The notes under the pieces were generated by a model, which saw only the letters and a list, made by a program, of their open reading frames with translations, was not told the origin of the DNA and did no database searches. Positions 10,762-21,949 of a DNA stretch of 64,000 nt are shown piece after piece. Every line of letters starts with the position of its first letter. Position 1 is the stretch's first letter. The DNA is taken from the IMG/VR virus record IMGVR_UViG_3300025325_000016. One strand, written 5' to 3'. This DNA is from an uncultured virus (IMG/VR IMGVR_UViG_3300025325_000016). Its lineage: Duplodnaviria > Heunggongvirae > Uroviricota > Caudoviricetes. The position numbers and the translations under genes were made by a program.

Positions 10762-12390
10762 TCAATCCTCCAGCGCAATCCGGACGGCCTCTACAACGTC
10801 CTGGAAGTCAACGATGTCCAGTGCTTCCAGTTGCTCGGTCAGCTCTTCTTGTGCTTCCAGGGCTTCGATCACCACCTGGCTACGCACAGACCGGTCGAAC
10901 GGTCGCCACACACTGGCATAGCCACCCCGTGCAGCCCGAACGACGTGCTCCTTCAGGTCATCGATCTCGGGATCGTCCTGCAGCTCCCACCACTCATCAT
11001 GAGTGTTGTCGATTGCCTCATCAACATAGTTATTCAGCAAGCCTTCGAAGTTCTGATCCAGTTGGCCCTGAGCTTCCTCAAGAAGACGAATTGCCTCCCG
11101 AATCTTCTGGTAGCGGGGCACATTCTCCAGTTGCCGTCCCTTGATATCGTTAATGATGTCCCAGGAACTGGGCACACATTGGTCACGCAGCTCCTCCAGG
11201 ACGGTATCCCAATCGATGTGCTCCAGAATGGCGTCTACCATCGCTCGATAGTAGTCCGCACTGCGCAAGCTCTCTACTTCAAAGCCATGCGGTTCCTCGT
11301 AGCTGGTCTCTTCTATCGACAGAATACCACCACACTTCGAGCATCTTTCGTCAGTGTGTAACCCGGAGCCATAGACTCCACCGATGATATACTGCTCGTG
11401 AGCACAGTCCTCACAGGTTACCCAAAACAGCGCCTTCTCGTCGGCCCATTCCCGGTATCCCCTGTTAGATACCTTGACCTGATAGCTGGCATTCCAGGCA
11501 TCGCCGGTCACATCTTCGACCTGCTCTGGCTTTACCCCGATGCGAGACTCGACGACGTTATACAGATAGCGACGTAGCTGCTCACCAAAAGTCGGGCCAA
11601 TCACACCCTCGCCGTCGAAGTCATGGTCGCTCAGGTGGATGACCATCGTGTCGTAACCTTCTAGTGGGTTGCTGTCCTTTGCCCATCCCAGGCGACGGAT
11701 CATCAGCTCGGCAGCAGCCTTACTGTTCTTGCCCTTGCCAGAGATAACCGCCATTGCCCCCAATGCCTTGGCAGCAGCCTTGAAGTCGCCGAATAGACTG
11801 TCCTTCTCAACCGCCACGATTAGCTGGAAGCCCGGATAGAGCACGTCATAGGTGCCAAAGACTTCCATCATCCGGCTGGCGTCCTCAACCCACAGGTTCT
11901 TATACGTTACCTGGCGGCTGTCTACGAACCCGGCATAGACCTTGGATAGCCTGCCTGACCACTGCAGGTCAACCATTTCATCGATGCCCTGATCATTCTT
12001 CTTGGTCTTGCCCAGGGCAAACGCAAACATCTGAGAGAATTGCTTGAAGTAAGCATACCAGTGACGGCGGAGAGCTTTCTCTTTGTCATCACCCTCGGGC
12101 CCGCTGATCAGGTCATACAGCATCATCTGAGTCAGTACCACCGCTCGGGCGGTGCCGTCCAGGTTCTCTGTACCGTTACCGGCTATGCGACAGGCACGGA
12201 CGAACTTGTTTGGATCTTGCTGGAGAAGGTAGGTCAGGGGATTTCTACGGTTAGCCCGGATCTCGTTCTGAAGGGAGGAGATATCCATCCCTAGAGCATA
12301 GAGCAGACTTTTGCCGTAGCTGTCAAACAGTGAAGGCCAGTCGATTCGTTCTCTGTAGCTGCTGTACATATGTGTGTCCTCGGATATCAA
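10762..12390 (-). CDS. Spo11/topoisomerase VI subunit A-like TOPRIM protein with Zn-ribbon insert
   Basis: LRRHWYAY (winged-helix R..Y), IVAVEKD, ISGKG, HLSDHDFDGEG (TOPRIM E...DxD), CEDC...CSKC. Confidence 0.7.
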   Translation of the reverse strand: MISEDTHMYSSYRERIDWPSLFDSYGKSLLYALGMDISSLQNEIRANRRNPLTYLLQQDPNKFVRACRIAGNGTENLDGTARAVVLTQMMLYDLISGPEGDDKEKALRRHWYAYFKQFSQMFAFALGKTKKNDQGIDEMVDLQWSGRLSKVYAGFVDSRQVTYKNLWVEDASRMMEVFGTYDVLYPGFQLIVAVEKDSLFGDFKAAAKALGAMAVISGKGKNSKAAAELMIRRLGWAKDSNPLEGYDTMVIHLSDHDFDGEGVIGPTFGEQLRRYLYNVVESRIGVKPEQVEDVTGDAWNASYQVKVSNRGYREWADEKALFWVTCEDCAHEQYIIGGVYGSGLHTDERCSKCGGILSIEETSYEEPHGFEVESLRSADYYRAMVDAILEHIDWDTVLEELRDQCVPSSWDIINDIKGRQLENVPRYQKIREAIRLLEEAQGQLDQNFEGLLNNYVDEAIDNTHDEWWELQDDPEIDDLKEHVVRAARGGYASVWRPFDRSVRSQVVIEALEAQEELTEQLEALDIVDFQDVVEAVRIALED

Positions 12391-12426
12391 CTATCCTGGC
12401 AGGGTGAGGCAGTGCTTACAACCGTG

Positions 12427-12455
12427 AGTATACATCCACAAGTGGATGCTGTCAA
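12427..12455 (-). promoter_or_regulatory. sigma70-type promoter TTGACA-N17-TATACT with palindromic spacer CATCCAC-AA-GTGGATG
   Basis: Read directly in the gap upstream of the TopoVI-A-like gene. Confidence 0.8.
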
Positions 12456-12458
12456 GGC

Positions 12459-12950
12459 TCAGTCATAAATCAGTCTATAGTTACAGATGACCAGGGCTGC
12501 CCACCGCAGTACGAAGTTAGCTTCCATTGGGCTCGGGTCGAGCAGCCATAGAGCAGAGGCCAGGAACTTCAGCGCCGGTTTACCGTGCAGGTCGAACCAC
12601 GTACCGGGGTCTATTCCATTATGCCTGCGCTTTTTCTGGAATACCCCCATGCATTTGTGGAAGTTCTCGACTTCCCTTCCCGACGCCATACACAGGATCA
12701 TGTCAGGGTCGGCTCTGCCAATCGGGGTGTACTCGGTCAGCACGAAGCGACCGACCTGGGCGACGGGTTTTACATTCAGGACAGGCCAACCCAGGGCTAC
12801 TGCAGCCATCACGGTAACCATATCGTGGTCAATGTCCGTTGCCTCCGTGACTTCAGGAGGGTCTTGCAGGATGGGAGGTATCTGTCCCTTCAGGATCGTG
12901 TTGACTGCCTGAGACAGCTCCACTCGTTTCAGTGTCTGTACTTTCATCAA
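12459..12950 (-). CDS. hypothetical protein
   Basis: 163-aa ORF in the operon. Confidence 0.6.
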   Translation of the reverse strand: MMKVQTLKRVELSQAVNTILKGQIPPILQDPPEVTEATDIDHDMVTVMAAVALGWPVLNVKPVAQVGRFVLTEYTPIGRADPDMILCMASGREVENFHKCMGVFQKKRRHNGIDPGTWFDLHGKPALKFLASALWLLDPSPMEANFVLRWAALVICNYRLIYD

Positions 12951-13192
12951 TCCACCTTCCTACCGTGATATAGAATGTGAACCCGATACTCCAGTTGATC
13001 TTCCTCTGAAGCACGAAATTTATTCCATCAGGATGCTTGCCAATGTGATACTCGGCAATAATCCTGGCAACATCCTTGTTGAGGGCCTCGAGCTTGGTCT
13101 TGTGAACCTTGCCGCCCCTCTCATAGGACAGGTAGTAGTGCGGGTCATGGGCCGGTGTCACATTGGGAGAATCTACCCAATACTCGACCGGC

Positions 13193-14152
13193 TTATAGTA
13201 TAGAGAGCTGCTCACCCTGTTCTTCCTTAGCCTCAGACTGTCTGAGGGTTGGTCTCTTGACAGGCTTGACGGCAGGGACATTCACCAGTTTGCGGGAGAC
13301 ATCGGCGAAACCGTAAGGCCGCTCGAAGTCGACATCATCCACATCGATGTTCACAATCAGCACCTTGGTTGCAGCACCTATCCATTGATCCTCGTACATG
13401 CTGGTATCGATAGAGAGATCGTGCATATGGATACCCGGAAAGTGCTTATCCAGATACTTGGCACGCTCCGGGTCTCGCCGATAGCCATGCTGCTTGCCGA
13501 TTGGACGTGTCCCTATGTCTTTCTCAGAGCGAGGCAAAGGCACATAGTTATAGGTATCATCACAGTCACCCTCCGGCAGGATCATCACTGCCCCGTTGTA
13601 AGCCAGGCGCAGAGCTATCTCAATTACCTGCCACTGGATAGGCCCTTTGACCTTTAGCCAGTCCGCCTGCAGCTTGCTCGGGATGTTCCCGTAAGGCGGA
13701 TTGGCAATAGCACAGTCGAACTCACCCAGGGAAGTAAGCAGGTCTAAATCAAAGACGTTGCCGCAGTACCATTCTACTTCGGGCAGCAGCCGCTTGCCTA
13801 CCTCGGCGAACCCCGTATCTTGTTCGATAGCAACCATGCGCTTAATGTCTCCCCTTAGTTCTGTTCGATCCATCCAGCCTGTATAGTCGTGGCGTAGCAC
13901 CTGGTAGGACAGCACCCCGATCCCGGCGCACAGGTCGATGACGGCGCCCTTGGGTTGGGTCATGACGGCCAGCTCCCAGGCCAGGTCAAAGGGCGTAAAG
14001 TAAATAGCCCCCTTGCCGATATTGTGGGTTGCCAGCGGATTGAAGTTCTGGAAACAGAACTCGACCTCATCCCGGCTCAGAGATCTGTCAGAGTGGATCA
14101 GATCCATGACCTGATCGTGCAGTTTCGTTTGCCGTTTGGTTATCTTACCCAT
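13193..14152 (-). CDS. amino-type (N6-adenine/N4-cytosine) DNA methyltransferase, solitary
   Basis: YFTP, motif I IDLCAGIG, motif IV IANPPY. Confidence 0.85.
   Translation of the reverse strand: MGKITKRQTKLHDQVMDLIHSDRSLSRDEVEFCFQNFNPLATHNIGKGAIYFTPFDLAWELAVMTQPKGAVIDLCAGIGVLSYQVLRHDYTGWMDRTELRGDIKRMVAIEQDTGFAEVGKRLLPEVEWYCGNVFDLDLLTSLGEFDCAIANPPYGNIPSKLQADWLKVKGPIQWQVIEIALRLAYNGAVMILPEGDCDDTYNYVPLPRSEKDIGTRPIGKQHGYRRDPERAKYLDKHFPGIHMHDLSIDTSMYEDQWIGAATKVLIVNIDVDDVDFERPYGFADVSRKLVNVPAVKPVKRPTLRQSEAKEEQGEQLSIL
13232..13246. repeat. dispersed palindrome copy CTCAGAC-T-GTCTGAG
   Basis: Read directly; in the 3' end of the MTase gene. Confidence 0.95.
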
Positions 14153-17100
14153 TGTATAAACGCTCCTATAAGGATCACCAGGGCGACAGATAGAAGAGCG
14201 ATAGCTATGACAATCTCGGCAAAGTCTAAACCCTTGCTGGAGATAAAGTCGTAGTCATCCGGCCTGGGCGCCCCCATCGGGCAATCCTCTTGATGAAACT
14301 CGATCGCATAACAATCGCAGTACAGCATCATGTTGGCGGCAAGCCTGTCTTGCTCGGCCTGCCACATGCTAAAGCCGTTAGGCTGGACAAAGGAGTGCGT
14401 AAAGACAATCATCTTGTAGGCACAAGTGCGGTCGTGGTGGGTGTACTCGGAATCACCACGGGCATCACAGGTGCACTTCTCCATCGTAGTGTCTTTCCAT
14501 ATCCCTGTGTCCTTGGTCGGGTAATTCATTCAGGTTTGTCTCCAGTAGATCTACGAGCCACTGTGACCGGTAAACGATAATAAAGAAGTGCCGGTCACGC
14601 TTAGTCACCAGGATAACTTCGGCGGTATTGTGCCTCTGGCGGAACTTCTCATTTGCGGTCTCTAGTGTATCAGCATTCACAACCCACGAAAAATATTTGC
14701 GGTGAACCCCACGATGGCTACCATCAGGGTTCAGGCGGTCATCCTTCCTGAGTGCTAGGTAAATAAACTCGGCCATGTTATCGGGTTCCATCTAGCAGTT
14801 CCTCAGTGTGCTCTGTTAGAAAGTTCAGGATCTCTAAAGCAAGTTCGAGTGGATACTCAATACACGTCTTGCCTGACCAGAACTGGATCGTCCCATTCTC
14901 TTCATCGATCCACACATTCTCAGTGCCAGATAGCTGTAATACAATCATGCTTGAATAATCTCCACATGTCCAGGCATATCGATCATGCTCTCAAATCTGT
15001 AGCATCTCTGTGCTTTAGGCACCAGGATGTGCAGTCGGTCAGTTTCGTCCAGCCATACCTCGATGGTATTGTCAGGCCCGCGAGGATCACGGTTGCCATA
15101 CACGTGTATGGTTTTCCTGCAGCTTCTTGGTGTGACTCTAACGACCAGGGGCTTTGCCACTCTTCATCATCTCCCATGCTCCATCGATGGCAGCCTGAGC
15201 TTCTTCTCCAGTATAGACAAAGCCGACGACGATTATATTGCCGTCCTCGGAAATGTACCAAAGGAAGTTCTTGCCCACCCTCCTTTGGCCCGGGTCTATA
15301 TTCAATATCGTGCTGGCGATCCTCAGCTCAGCAGACAGGATGGTAGCACCGGATACCTCAATATACTCCAGCCACTCACGTTGGCGATTAATCTCGTCTG
15401 GTTTTTCCATTTTAATTTTTCCCAATGAAAATCCGACTACTAACAGATTACCCGTTCACTTCCAGGCACGTACTATCTCAGCCGCGACACCAAATCCGAG
15501 TGCAGCTATCAGGAAACCAAGTGCCGGTATTGCTACCTCCGGCTGGACGGTAAAGATACCCCATAGAGCGATCACAAGGCAACACATGGCAAGTATTACC
15601 GAAAGCGTTGACAGAGCGATAGAGATTATTCGACGATCGTCCACATGTTGCCTGCTTCTAGTAACTGTTTCAACGAGTGTTCAAAGTTGGGCACGTCATA
15701 CTTGACCCACATATTAGCGCCACCAGTATAGTCTTGGGGGCTGGTCGCTTTGCGTACCAGAAGAGAGGCGCAGATGTTATAGCGCACATCCCCACTGGAG
15801 AAGTACCACCACTGCTCACCAATCTTGGCGAACATCGACCACTCATAATGGCCCCGTCTATAGATGACATCTTCAGTACCGAAGTTCTCCTTCAGAAAGT
15901 CGATCATCCATCTCTTGGCAGCATTGCACCAGGCTTGCCCATCTGATCCCATGTGACCGCCAGACGAGAACTCTTTATACAGGCAATCATTGACCCATTG
16001 AGGTGTAGTCATTTCAAAACTACCCACACAGCTCTGGACTTGGGGATACGGTGAACGAATCTCAGTGGTTCCTCAATCCATATTTCATAAGACTTGGGAG
16101 TCTCATAAAACACCTGTCCACTATCCAGCAGATAGTTAGCTCGCATGGTGGACACGGAATTGATGTCAGGTCGTCTAGTTCGTATAAATTGTTGGGTCAT
16201 CTAGTCACCTTCTGCAAAGCAATCATCAGTTCATACAGGACGATCAGCAACCCAATGCTCATGCCCCACAGGGCAGCTAGTCCAAGAATAATTCTCATGA
16301 GTAATCTTTTGGATCATGATAGCTTTCAGATTTCCAGGAATGGTTGCAGCCATTGCAGATCAAATGATAGTTATCTACAGCACCGTCCAGATAAAAGCCG
16401 ACCTCTTCCTCGGTGCTCCCGCAGTTCGGGCAGCTCTCCATCTCGGCGACCATGATTGGCCTGACCACATCCCGCTGGCTTTTCAGATAAATCTCAGCAG
16501 ACTTCAGTTGCGAGTACGACACTGCCAGTGGATAATGGATGATGGTAAAGCGCATCCCCTGGGAGCTCACCAGCTCCTCGTCGACCGGCACACCGGCGAC
16601 TACAAAGTTGCCCCGGATCAGGCGGAGTACCTCAGGTAAGGTATAGGTTCTGCTGGTCTTGTTCATTCAATCATCTCTCGGATATAAGAGATATACCCGA
16701 TCCAGTCATCTTCGTCGAACAAGGTAAATGACTGGTACAGAATTATCATTAGCCGATTGCGATCCTTGTACCAGGGCCACCTGCTACTGGTAGAGTACCT
16801 TGACACGATCTCACCGATCTGAGGCGCAGTCATCGGCTTTGGTGCAGCCTCTAGCAAGGGAAGTAAACCCTCCAGGTATATTTCCCAGCTAGAGTTTGGC
16901 ATTGCCTCGATAGCATTCCAGGCAATCGTAGTAGGATGGCTGTCACAGCACTTTCTCAGTGCAGTATGCAGAGCGTTGCCTAAGTCTTCAATCTGTATCA
17001 TCAGCTTTTCCTTTTCTCAAGCCACTGGTTGATGCAATACAACACCGTCATGATTATGCAGATGATTATGATGTCCATTGGTCAGCTCCAGGTACCACTC

Positions 17101-17551
17101 CCGATTACATTTGGGGCAGCGTGCTTCCCATGAATTGGTATCCTCATAGACGTGAACGATAAATACTAAAGCACCTGCACAACAGCGAAACTCAGGAAAG
17201 AGACTAGAACTTTCTAAATTCTCCGGGATTGTGTCCATGCGCCTGCATCCAGGTCTTGACCTCTTCCAGAACATCAGGCTGGCTTGCTAGTAGATATACC
17301 ATTGCCTGAATTAGCAGTTGCTTGTCCTTATAGTCATAGCAGTAGTGATGGAGCAACACACTCCCGTAAGCCAGCCATTGGTGCTCGTCGACCGGAGAAA
17401 TCTCCCGGAGAAATTGGGCGACGAGCCAGCCAAAGGAAGTCATCGGCCAGCTTTCAACGTAGTCCTCTTTGGCTACGTTCTTCAGTAAGGACGGCCACCA
17501 GTCAATCGCTTTCAGGTGACCTTTGACGAAATGTACTGCTAATTGAAACAT
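14140..17551 (-). other. run of small hypothetical ORFs, several with hydrophobic segments or CxxC motifs
   Basis: ORF track: 14140-14529, 14465-14791, 14945-15160, 15138-15425, 15456-15644, 15626-16027, 16009-16200, 16295-16666, 16663-17001, 17204-17551. Confidence 0.55.
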
Positions 17552-18626
17552 CGAGTGCCTCTTTCAAATCTTCCGGTTGAGTATCTATCAGTAGACGCCG
17601 GCCCGCTTCACGAGCCAGGTCTTCAGGACTTCCCAAGTGCCAGTCGACCAGCTTGCCGGTCATTGCTTTGAGGGCATTCAGTGTGGGTGTATCGTCCACG
17701 CTAATCATCATTACCCCGCCCTTCCTCAGGTTATAGACATAGCCGAGCACCTTATTAGGCGTCTCTGCTCTCCGGGCAACCTTACGCATGCGCTCTCGGA
17801 AATCACGGACGGATAGCCCGCCCTGCTTGGCAGTCAGCCCCATCTCGGTGATCAGGATCTCTAGCATCTCTTTCATCCTGGGATCGAGCCTGAGCGCTTC
17901 CTGCAGAGCGATGTCCAGATTCAGACGCTCTTCCTCCTCAGTAGCTTCGGCCATCGCTGCCTTGATCTCGTTGGTCTTGGCAATGATATCGGCCAGCACT
18001 TCTTTGAGATAGCCGGTGGCAAAGCGGGCCTTGTGGAAGTTCTCGGCGACACCCAGGATCAGCTTGCGGGGGAACCCGTTTGCCTCCAGGGTAGGGACGA
18101 GGTAGCTAACCATAAATTCTATCTCGTACCAGCTTCCCGGCTTATCACCGGTGCCATTCCATGGGGTACGCTTGTTGAGCAAATATTCTGCGATGCTACT
18201 GTACTCCAGATAGGGCAGTAGCCCCATCTCATTGATGTCGATAGCAATGCGGGTCTGTACCTGCTCAAGCACTTCACTGAGGTCGGTTGCCGTATCGAAG
18301 CTGGCGTCTGCACCCTCTGCCATCATCCTGGCCCTGGCATAGATGTCCGATCCAAGAATGGTGGTAATTTCCTCAGTGGCTGTCCTCAGACGGTCTGAGT
18401 ACAGGGCTTGCAGTTCAGTAGATTGTTTCTCCAGTGGCATCTTGATAGACCAGCCAGGCTCCTTCTTGATCTTTGAAAGAACCTGTGCCCTGGCCCTCTC
18501 TTCAACCCCTGACCAGTAAGCCAGACTGATAAGGTCTTGAGCAATGCGTTCCTCATCACGAGCCTCCGGCCTGTACAGCCATTCCGGTATCATGTCAAGC
18601 CTGGGTGGTACAGGATAGTCAGTCAT
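17502..18626 (-). CDS. hypothetical helical protein (374 aa)
   Basis: Long ORF coupled to the RecU-like gene. Confidence 0.7.
   Translation of the reverse strand: MTDYPVPPRLDMIPEWLYRPEARDEERIAQDLISLAYWSGVEERARAQVLSKIKKEPGWSIKMPLEKQSTELQALYSDRLRTATEEITTILGSDIYARARMMAEGADASFDTATDLSEVLEQVQTRIAIDINEMGLLPYLEYSSIAEYLLNKRTPWNGTGDKPGSWYEIEFMVSYLVPTLEANGFPRKLILGVAENFHKARFATGYLKEVLADIIAKTNEIKAAMAEATEEEERLNLDIALQEALRLDPRMKEMLEILITEMGLTAKQGGLSVRDFRERMRKVARRAETPNKVLGYVYNLRKGGVMMISVDDTPTLNALKAMTGKLVDWHLGSPEDLAREAGRRLLIDTQPEDLKEALDVSISSTFRQRSPESD
18385..18399. repeat. dispersed palindrome copy CTCAGAC-G-GTCTGAG
   Basis: Read directly; intragenic. Confidence 0.95.
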
Positions 18627-18627
18627 A

Positions 18628-19224
18628 TCAATACAGTTTCGGTAGCGTCAGCACTCCGTAAGCGGGAACCATTAAATGGGTTTCCGGGAAAGCCCAATTG
18701 CCGTTCTCCCAAACCAGTTCCCAATCCTTGAATAACTCGCTCATGCTATGTTCCTGATTGGGGCCAGCCGGAGACCTCCAGAGTAGAGACTTAAGGTTAT
18801 GAGGTTCACAGATCTCCATTTCCACGATCCTGAAGCTATACCAGGGGATCAGCCACGCCTTGCGGTTCCTCGGCGCCCGGCCATCTCCAAGGGTGACAAA
18901 CAGCCAGCTCATTACTCCACGCTCTACCCAGGACTTCAGGAAATTGCGCTGCTTTGGCTCGATATTGCTTAGGGCAAGGCGAGTCGATCCGCCCATACCC
19001 TTACACTCGACCCAATGCGGTATGTTGCCCGTGAAGATCAAGTAGTCCACGATCGACTCTTGCTCTTCCTCTTGACGTAATAGATCCTGGTCATTGACAC
19101 GCTGTGTCATAAAAATGAGCCTATGACAGTGAGGACAGCGCCTCACGTCATCCCACTTCTTGGCCCAAATGTTGTTTCGGGTACAGAGACTCTTAAAGTC
19201 TGCCTCGGCTTGTTTGACAGTCAT
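18628..19224 (-). CDS. RecU-like Holliday junction resolvase (PD-(D/E)xK)
   Basis: IVDY...WVECK...LSNIEPKQRNFL...GVMSWLFV matches the RecU pattern (DY, ExK, Q). Confidence 0.7.
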   Translation of the reverse strand: MTVKQAEADFKSLCTRNNIWAKKWDDVRRCPHCHRLIFMTQRVNDQDLLRQEEEQESIVDYLIFTGNIPHWVECKGMGGSTRLALSNIEPKQRNFLKSWVERGVMSWLFVTLGDGRAPRNRKAWLIPWYSFRIVEMEICEPHNLKSLLWRSPAGPNQEHSMSELFKDWELVWENGNWAFPETHLMVPAYGVLTLPKLY

Positions 19225-19235
19225 ATTGATGCTCC

Positions 19236-20093
19236 TCAGATCAGGGACTTGAGTAATGCCAGAGCTTGCTCGATATTCTCACGAGCAATCTTCTTTTCCT
19301 GCAGAGATGTCTCCAGCAGCCCGATGGCATTGACCAGTGGATTATCGTTCTCGACCTGGGCTACGCTAGGCAGGTCAGCCTGTCTCAGCGTCTCCCGGCG
19401 TGTCTCTCTGCCATAGCGACCGATGTCTTGAGAGGTAAGCTTCTCACCGGCGGTTAGTCTCTTTGCTATCTCATGACGTGCTTCGAGATCCCGCATATTC
19501 AGGATAGCTGTCAGGGTCTGTTCGGCGATCTGACCTTGCCGGAACGCCTCGAAGATTACCTCGTCGACCAGTAAGCCTTTCGCCAGCTTGCCGACTACCT
19601 GTGGGGTAGTGCGTAGCTGCCTAGCTACGGCACTGCGGCCCTCTTTCGTAAAGACATCCACGTCCAGGTTTTCGGCAGTGGTCTTCACGGCATTGACATC
19701 CGTCAGCGGATTGGGACTTCTCAGGTTGTTCGCCTGGAATGCAATTCGATAGGAAGCCTCGCTCTCGGGCGTCAAGTCCTCCCGCAGAATAGCCTGAATG
19801 GGTACCTCGGTAGCTGGTACTCCCCTGAACTCATAGCCGATCGAGGCTAGATAGGCGACTGCCTTCATACGGCGCTTACCATCGATGGGATAGTAGTGCT
19901 TGCCATCGATGCGATTGTCCGGGCACACCAGGATTGGAGGCACCCAATGCTCGGCGATAGCGGCGATCAGGCTATCATCAGGTTCTTGACAGTCGAGATA
20001 TTCCACTGGAGTGATCTCTCCAAGCGTGACAAAGATCGGCACGCCAACGTTATCCTGTAGCAGTGGAAGTTGTATGCTGTGCTTAGCTGTCAT
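19236..20093 (-). CDS. ParB/Spo0J-family protein (N-terminal CTPase-like domain + HTH)
   Basis: PPILV...YPIDGKRRMKA (GxRR box), ANNLR, HTH RSAVARQLRTTPQVVGKL, FRQGQI. Start placed at ATG 20093. Confidence 0.8.
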   Translation of the reverse strand: MTAKHSIQLPLLQDNVGVPIFVTLGEITPVEYLDCQEPDDSLIAAIAEHWVPPILVCPDNRIDGKHYYPIDGKRRMKAVAYLASIGYEFRGVPATEVPIQAILREDLTPESEASYRIAFQANNLRSPNPLTDVNAVKTTAENLDVDVFTKEGRSAVARQLRTTPQVVGKLAKGLLVDEVIFEAFRQGQIAEQTLTAILNMRDLEARHEIAKRLTAGEKLTSQDIGRYGRETRRETLRQADLPSVAQVENDNPLVNAIGLLETSLQEKKIARENIEQALALLKSLI

Positions 20094-20880
20094 TTTCATC
20101 CTCGTCAGGGAAGCTGTCATCCAGGTGCACGATCCTGATCTGTGCGCCCAATTTGGCTGCTTTATTTGCAACCTTGTCCACTCGCTGGCTCAGACTGTCT
20201 GAGCCTCGTGGTGTAGTGGCGATAAATTGGCCGATCGGTAGAGCCATAAAGGCGCCGAACTCCCATCTTGGCTGGAACTTGGCGGGATAAACCTGATATT
20301 TTCCCCAAGGCATCTGCCTATACCAGTGACCGTCAGTATCTAAAACGCAGTCTTTCTCAGGCATCTCGTGCCACCACATGGACGTGCAGGTATCATACAT
20401 CCTGTCGTCCATTGGGGCCCGGTGCTCCCAAACATCTTTGAGGCATTCGGGTATAGCCCACTCGTTGACCTTCTCCCTGATAGGTGCAACATCATCGACC
20501 TCGATAACCCCGGCATCTGTGCACATATAGTGTCGGCTGGTACCAAAGACAAGCAGCCCAGGATCTATGCTGGTAGGCCAGCGCCGGTTGAACCCCATGC
20601 GCTTGCCCTCTTCGTAGAAATCGGCCTTGTAGGGATAATACTTACGCCCGATGACATCAAAGACATCACAGATAGGCTTGCCCAGGAGGTCGACGACCGG
20701 TGTCCCGGCAATGTCATAGCGTGGCAGCAGGGTAAGCCCCCGGTTTGCAATCCCAAGCTTGACCTTATCCAGTGCCCACACCGGGCAGAGTGTCAGTTGC
20801 TTGATCGGGATACCCCTTGCCCCCAAGGGCCAGTGATGATAGAAAGCATCGTGTGCTAGCGAACCACATCCTCTAGTCAT
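20083..20880 (-). CDS. hypothetical protein
   Basis: About 265-aa ORF overlapping the ParB start. Confidence 0.65.
   Translation of the reverse strand: MTRGCGSLAHDAFYHHWPLGARGIPIKQLTLCPVWALDKVKLGIANRGLTLLPRYDIAGTPVVDLLGKPICDVFDVIGRKYYPYKADFYEEGKRMGFNRRWPTSIDPGLLVFGTSRHYMCTDAGVIEVDDVAPIREKVNEWAIPECLKDVWEHRAPMDDRMYDTCTSMWWHEMPEKDCVLDTDGHWYRQMPWGKYQVYPAKFQPRWEFGAFMALPIGQFIATTPRGSDSLSQRVDKVANKAAKLGAQIRIVHLDDSFPDEDENDS
20189..20203. repeat. dispersed palindrome copy (GG)CTCAGAC-T-GTCTGAG(CC)
   Basis: Read directly; about 95 bp upstream of the parB-like start. Confidence 0.95.
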
Positions 20881-21919
20881 GTTCGTCCTTCTTGTTCTGT
20901 TCAGCACAGTCAGTGATAGCCAAATGGAGACGATTTTCCTCGTACCTGACTAGAAGAGTCTTTCCAGCTTCCTTGTCCTCGACGGTATAGTAGCCATCCA
21001 GAAAGACTGGCTGGTCAGACATATGTAGACCGTCTTCGCTCACGATCTCGGCAGTGACAGTTTCAGGAGGGTGCCAAACAACTTTCCACGTCATCTCGTA
21101 TCGGCCTCTTTCATCCCGGCTTCTTTCATTGCAGCTTCCACGTGCCGCTGGTTGAAGTAGTCCACAACCACAATGCGTTCATTGGGAGTGAGCTCGGAGT
21201 TGGCAAGCGTGCGCAGGTGAGGAATAAAGCATTTACCTTCTTCATCCCACTGCCAGTAGCGACAAAAATATCCCCCATTGGCAGCCGGGCCAGTAGAAAC
21301 AAATCCAGGCTGGACGCCATTGGGATAGTGCCACAGCCTGTGAATATTCCAGTCTCCGATCTCGATATGTGAGGGCACATATAGGATCTGGTCACCCCTC
21401 TTCAGTGGAGTAGTGATCTCGAAACCTTTCTCGTCAATCATTGTTTTCCCGCCTGGGCCTACTTAAAGTCTGGCCGGGTCTGCTCAAAGGGGATCTTCAG
21501 ATAATCGGCTATCGCCTCGGCCAGTTCGCAGGTAGTACAGATATAAGTGCTGTTATCCTTGCGAGACAGACCGTTTCTGACAAGAATCTCATTGAGGAAG
21601 TTCCACTTCAGCGGCTCATCCGGCCAGACTTCCTGGCAGCGTGGACAGGGTTTATGGTTTTGATCTGAGAACATATGGAGACCTCCCGGTAATAGACAGG
21701 TAGATTTCAGATGCAGCTTGCAGTGAGATATAAGATCCAAATTCATCATTCAGAGAGGCCCGGATCAGGCGCAGTGCATCGAGAGTGGGGAGAGTCTTCA
21801 CGACCTCCTCAAAGATATAGCGAGGCACCGAGAGATATTGGACTTTTAGATAATCCTCCAGAACGCTGATTTCTGCCATAATATTTTTCCTTCCAGTTTT
21901 GGCATTACTTACGTCCGTA

Positions 21920-21949
21920 AGTATACTCTCAGATGTCTGAGGCTGTCAA
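21920..21949 (-). promoter_or_regulatory. sigma70-type promoter TTGACA-N18-TATACT with variant palindrome CTCAGA-TG-TCTGAG (21928-21941) in its spacer
   Basis: Read directly. A second inverted repeat, TACTTACG-TC-CGTAAGTA (21906-21923), overlaps the -10/+1 region. Confidence 0.75.

Noticed and set aside
13193..14152. Restriction-modification system
   Set aside because: No cognate endonuclease is adjacent; solitary methyltransferases are routine in phages.
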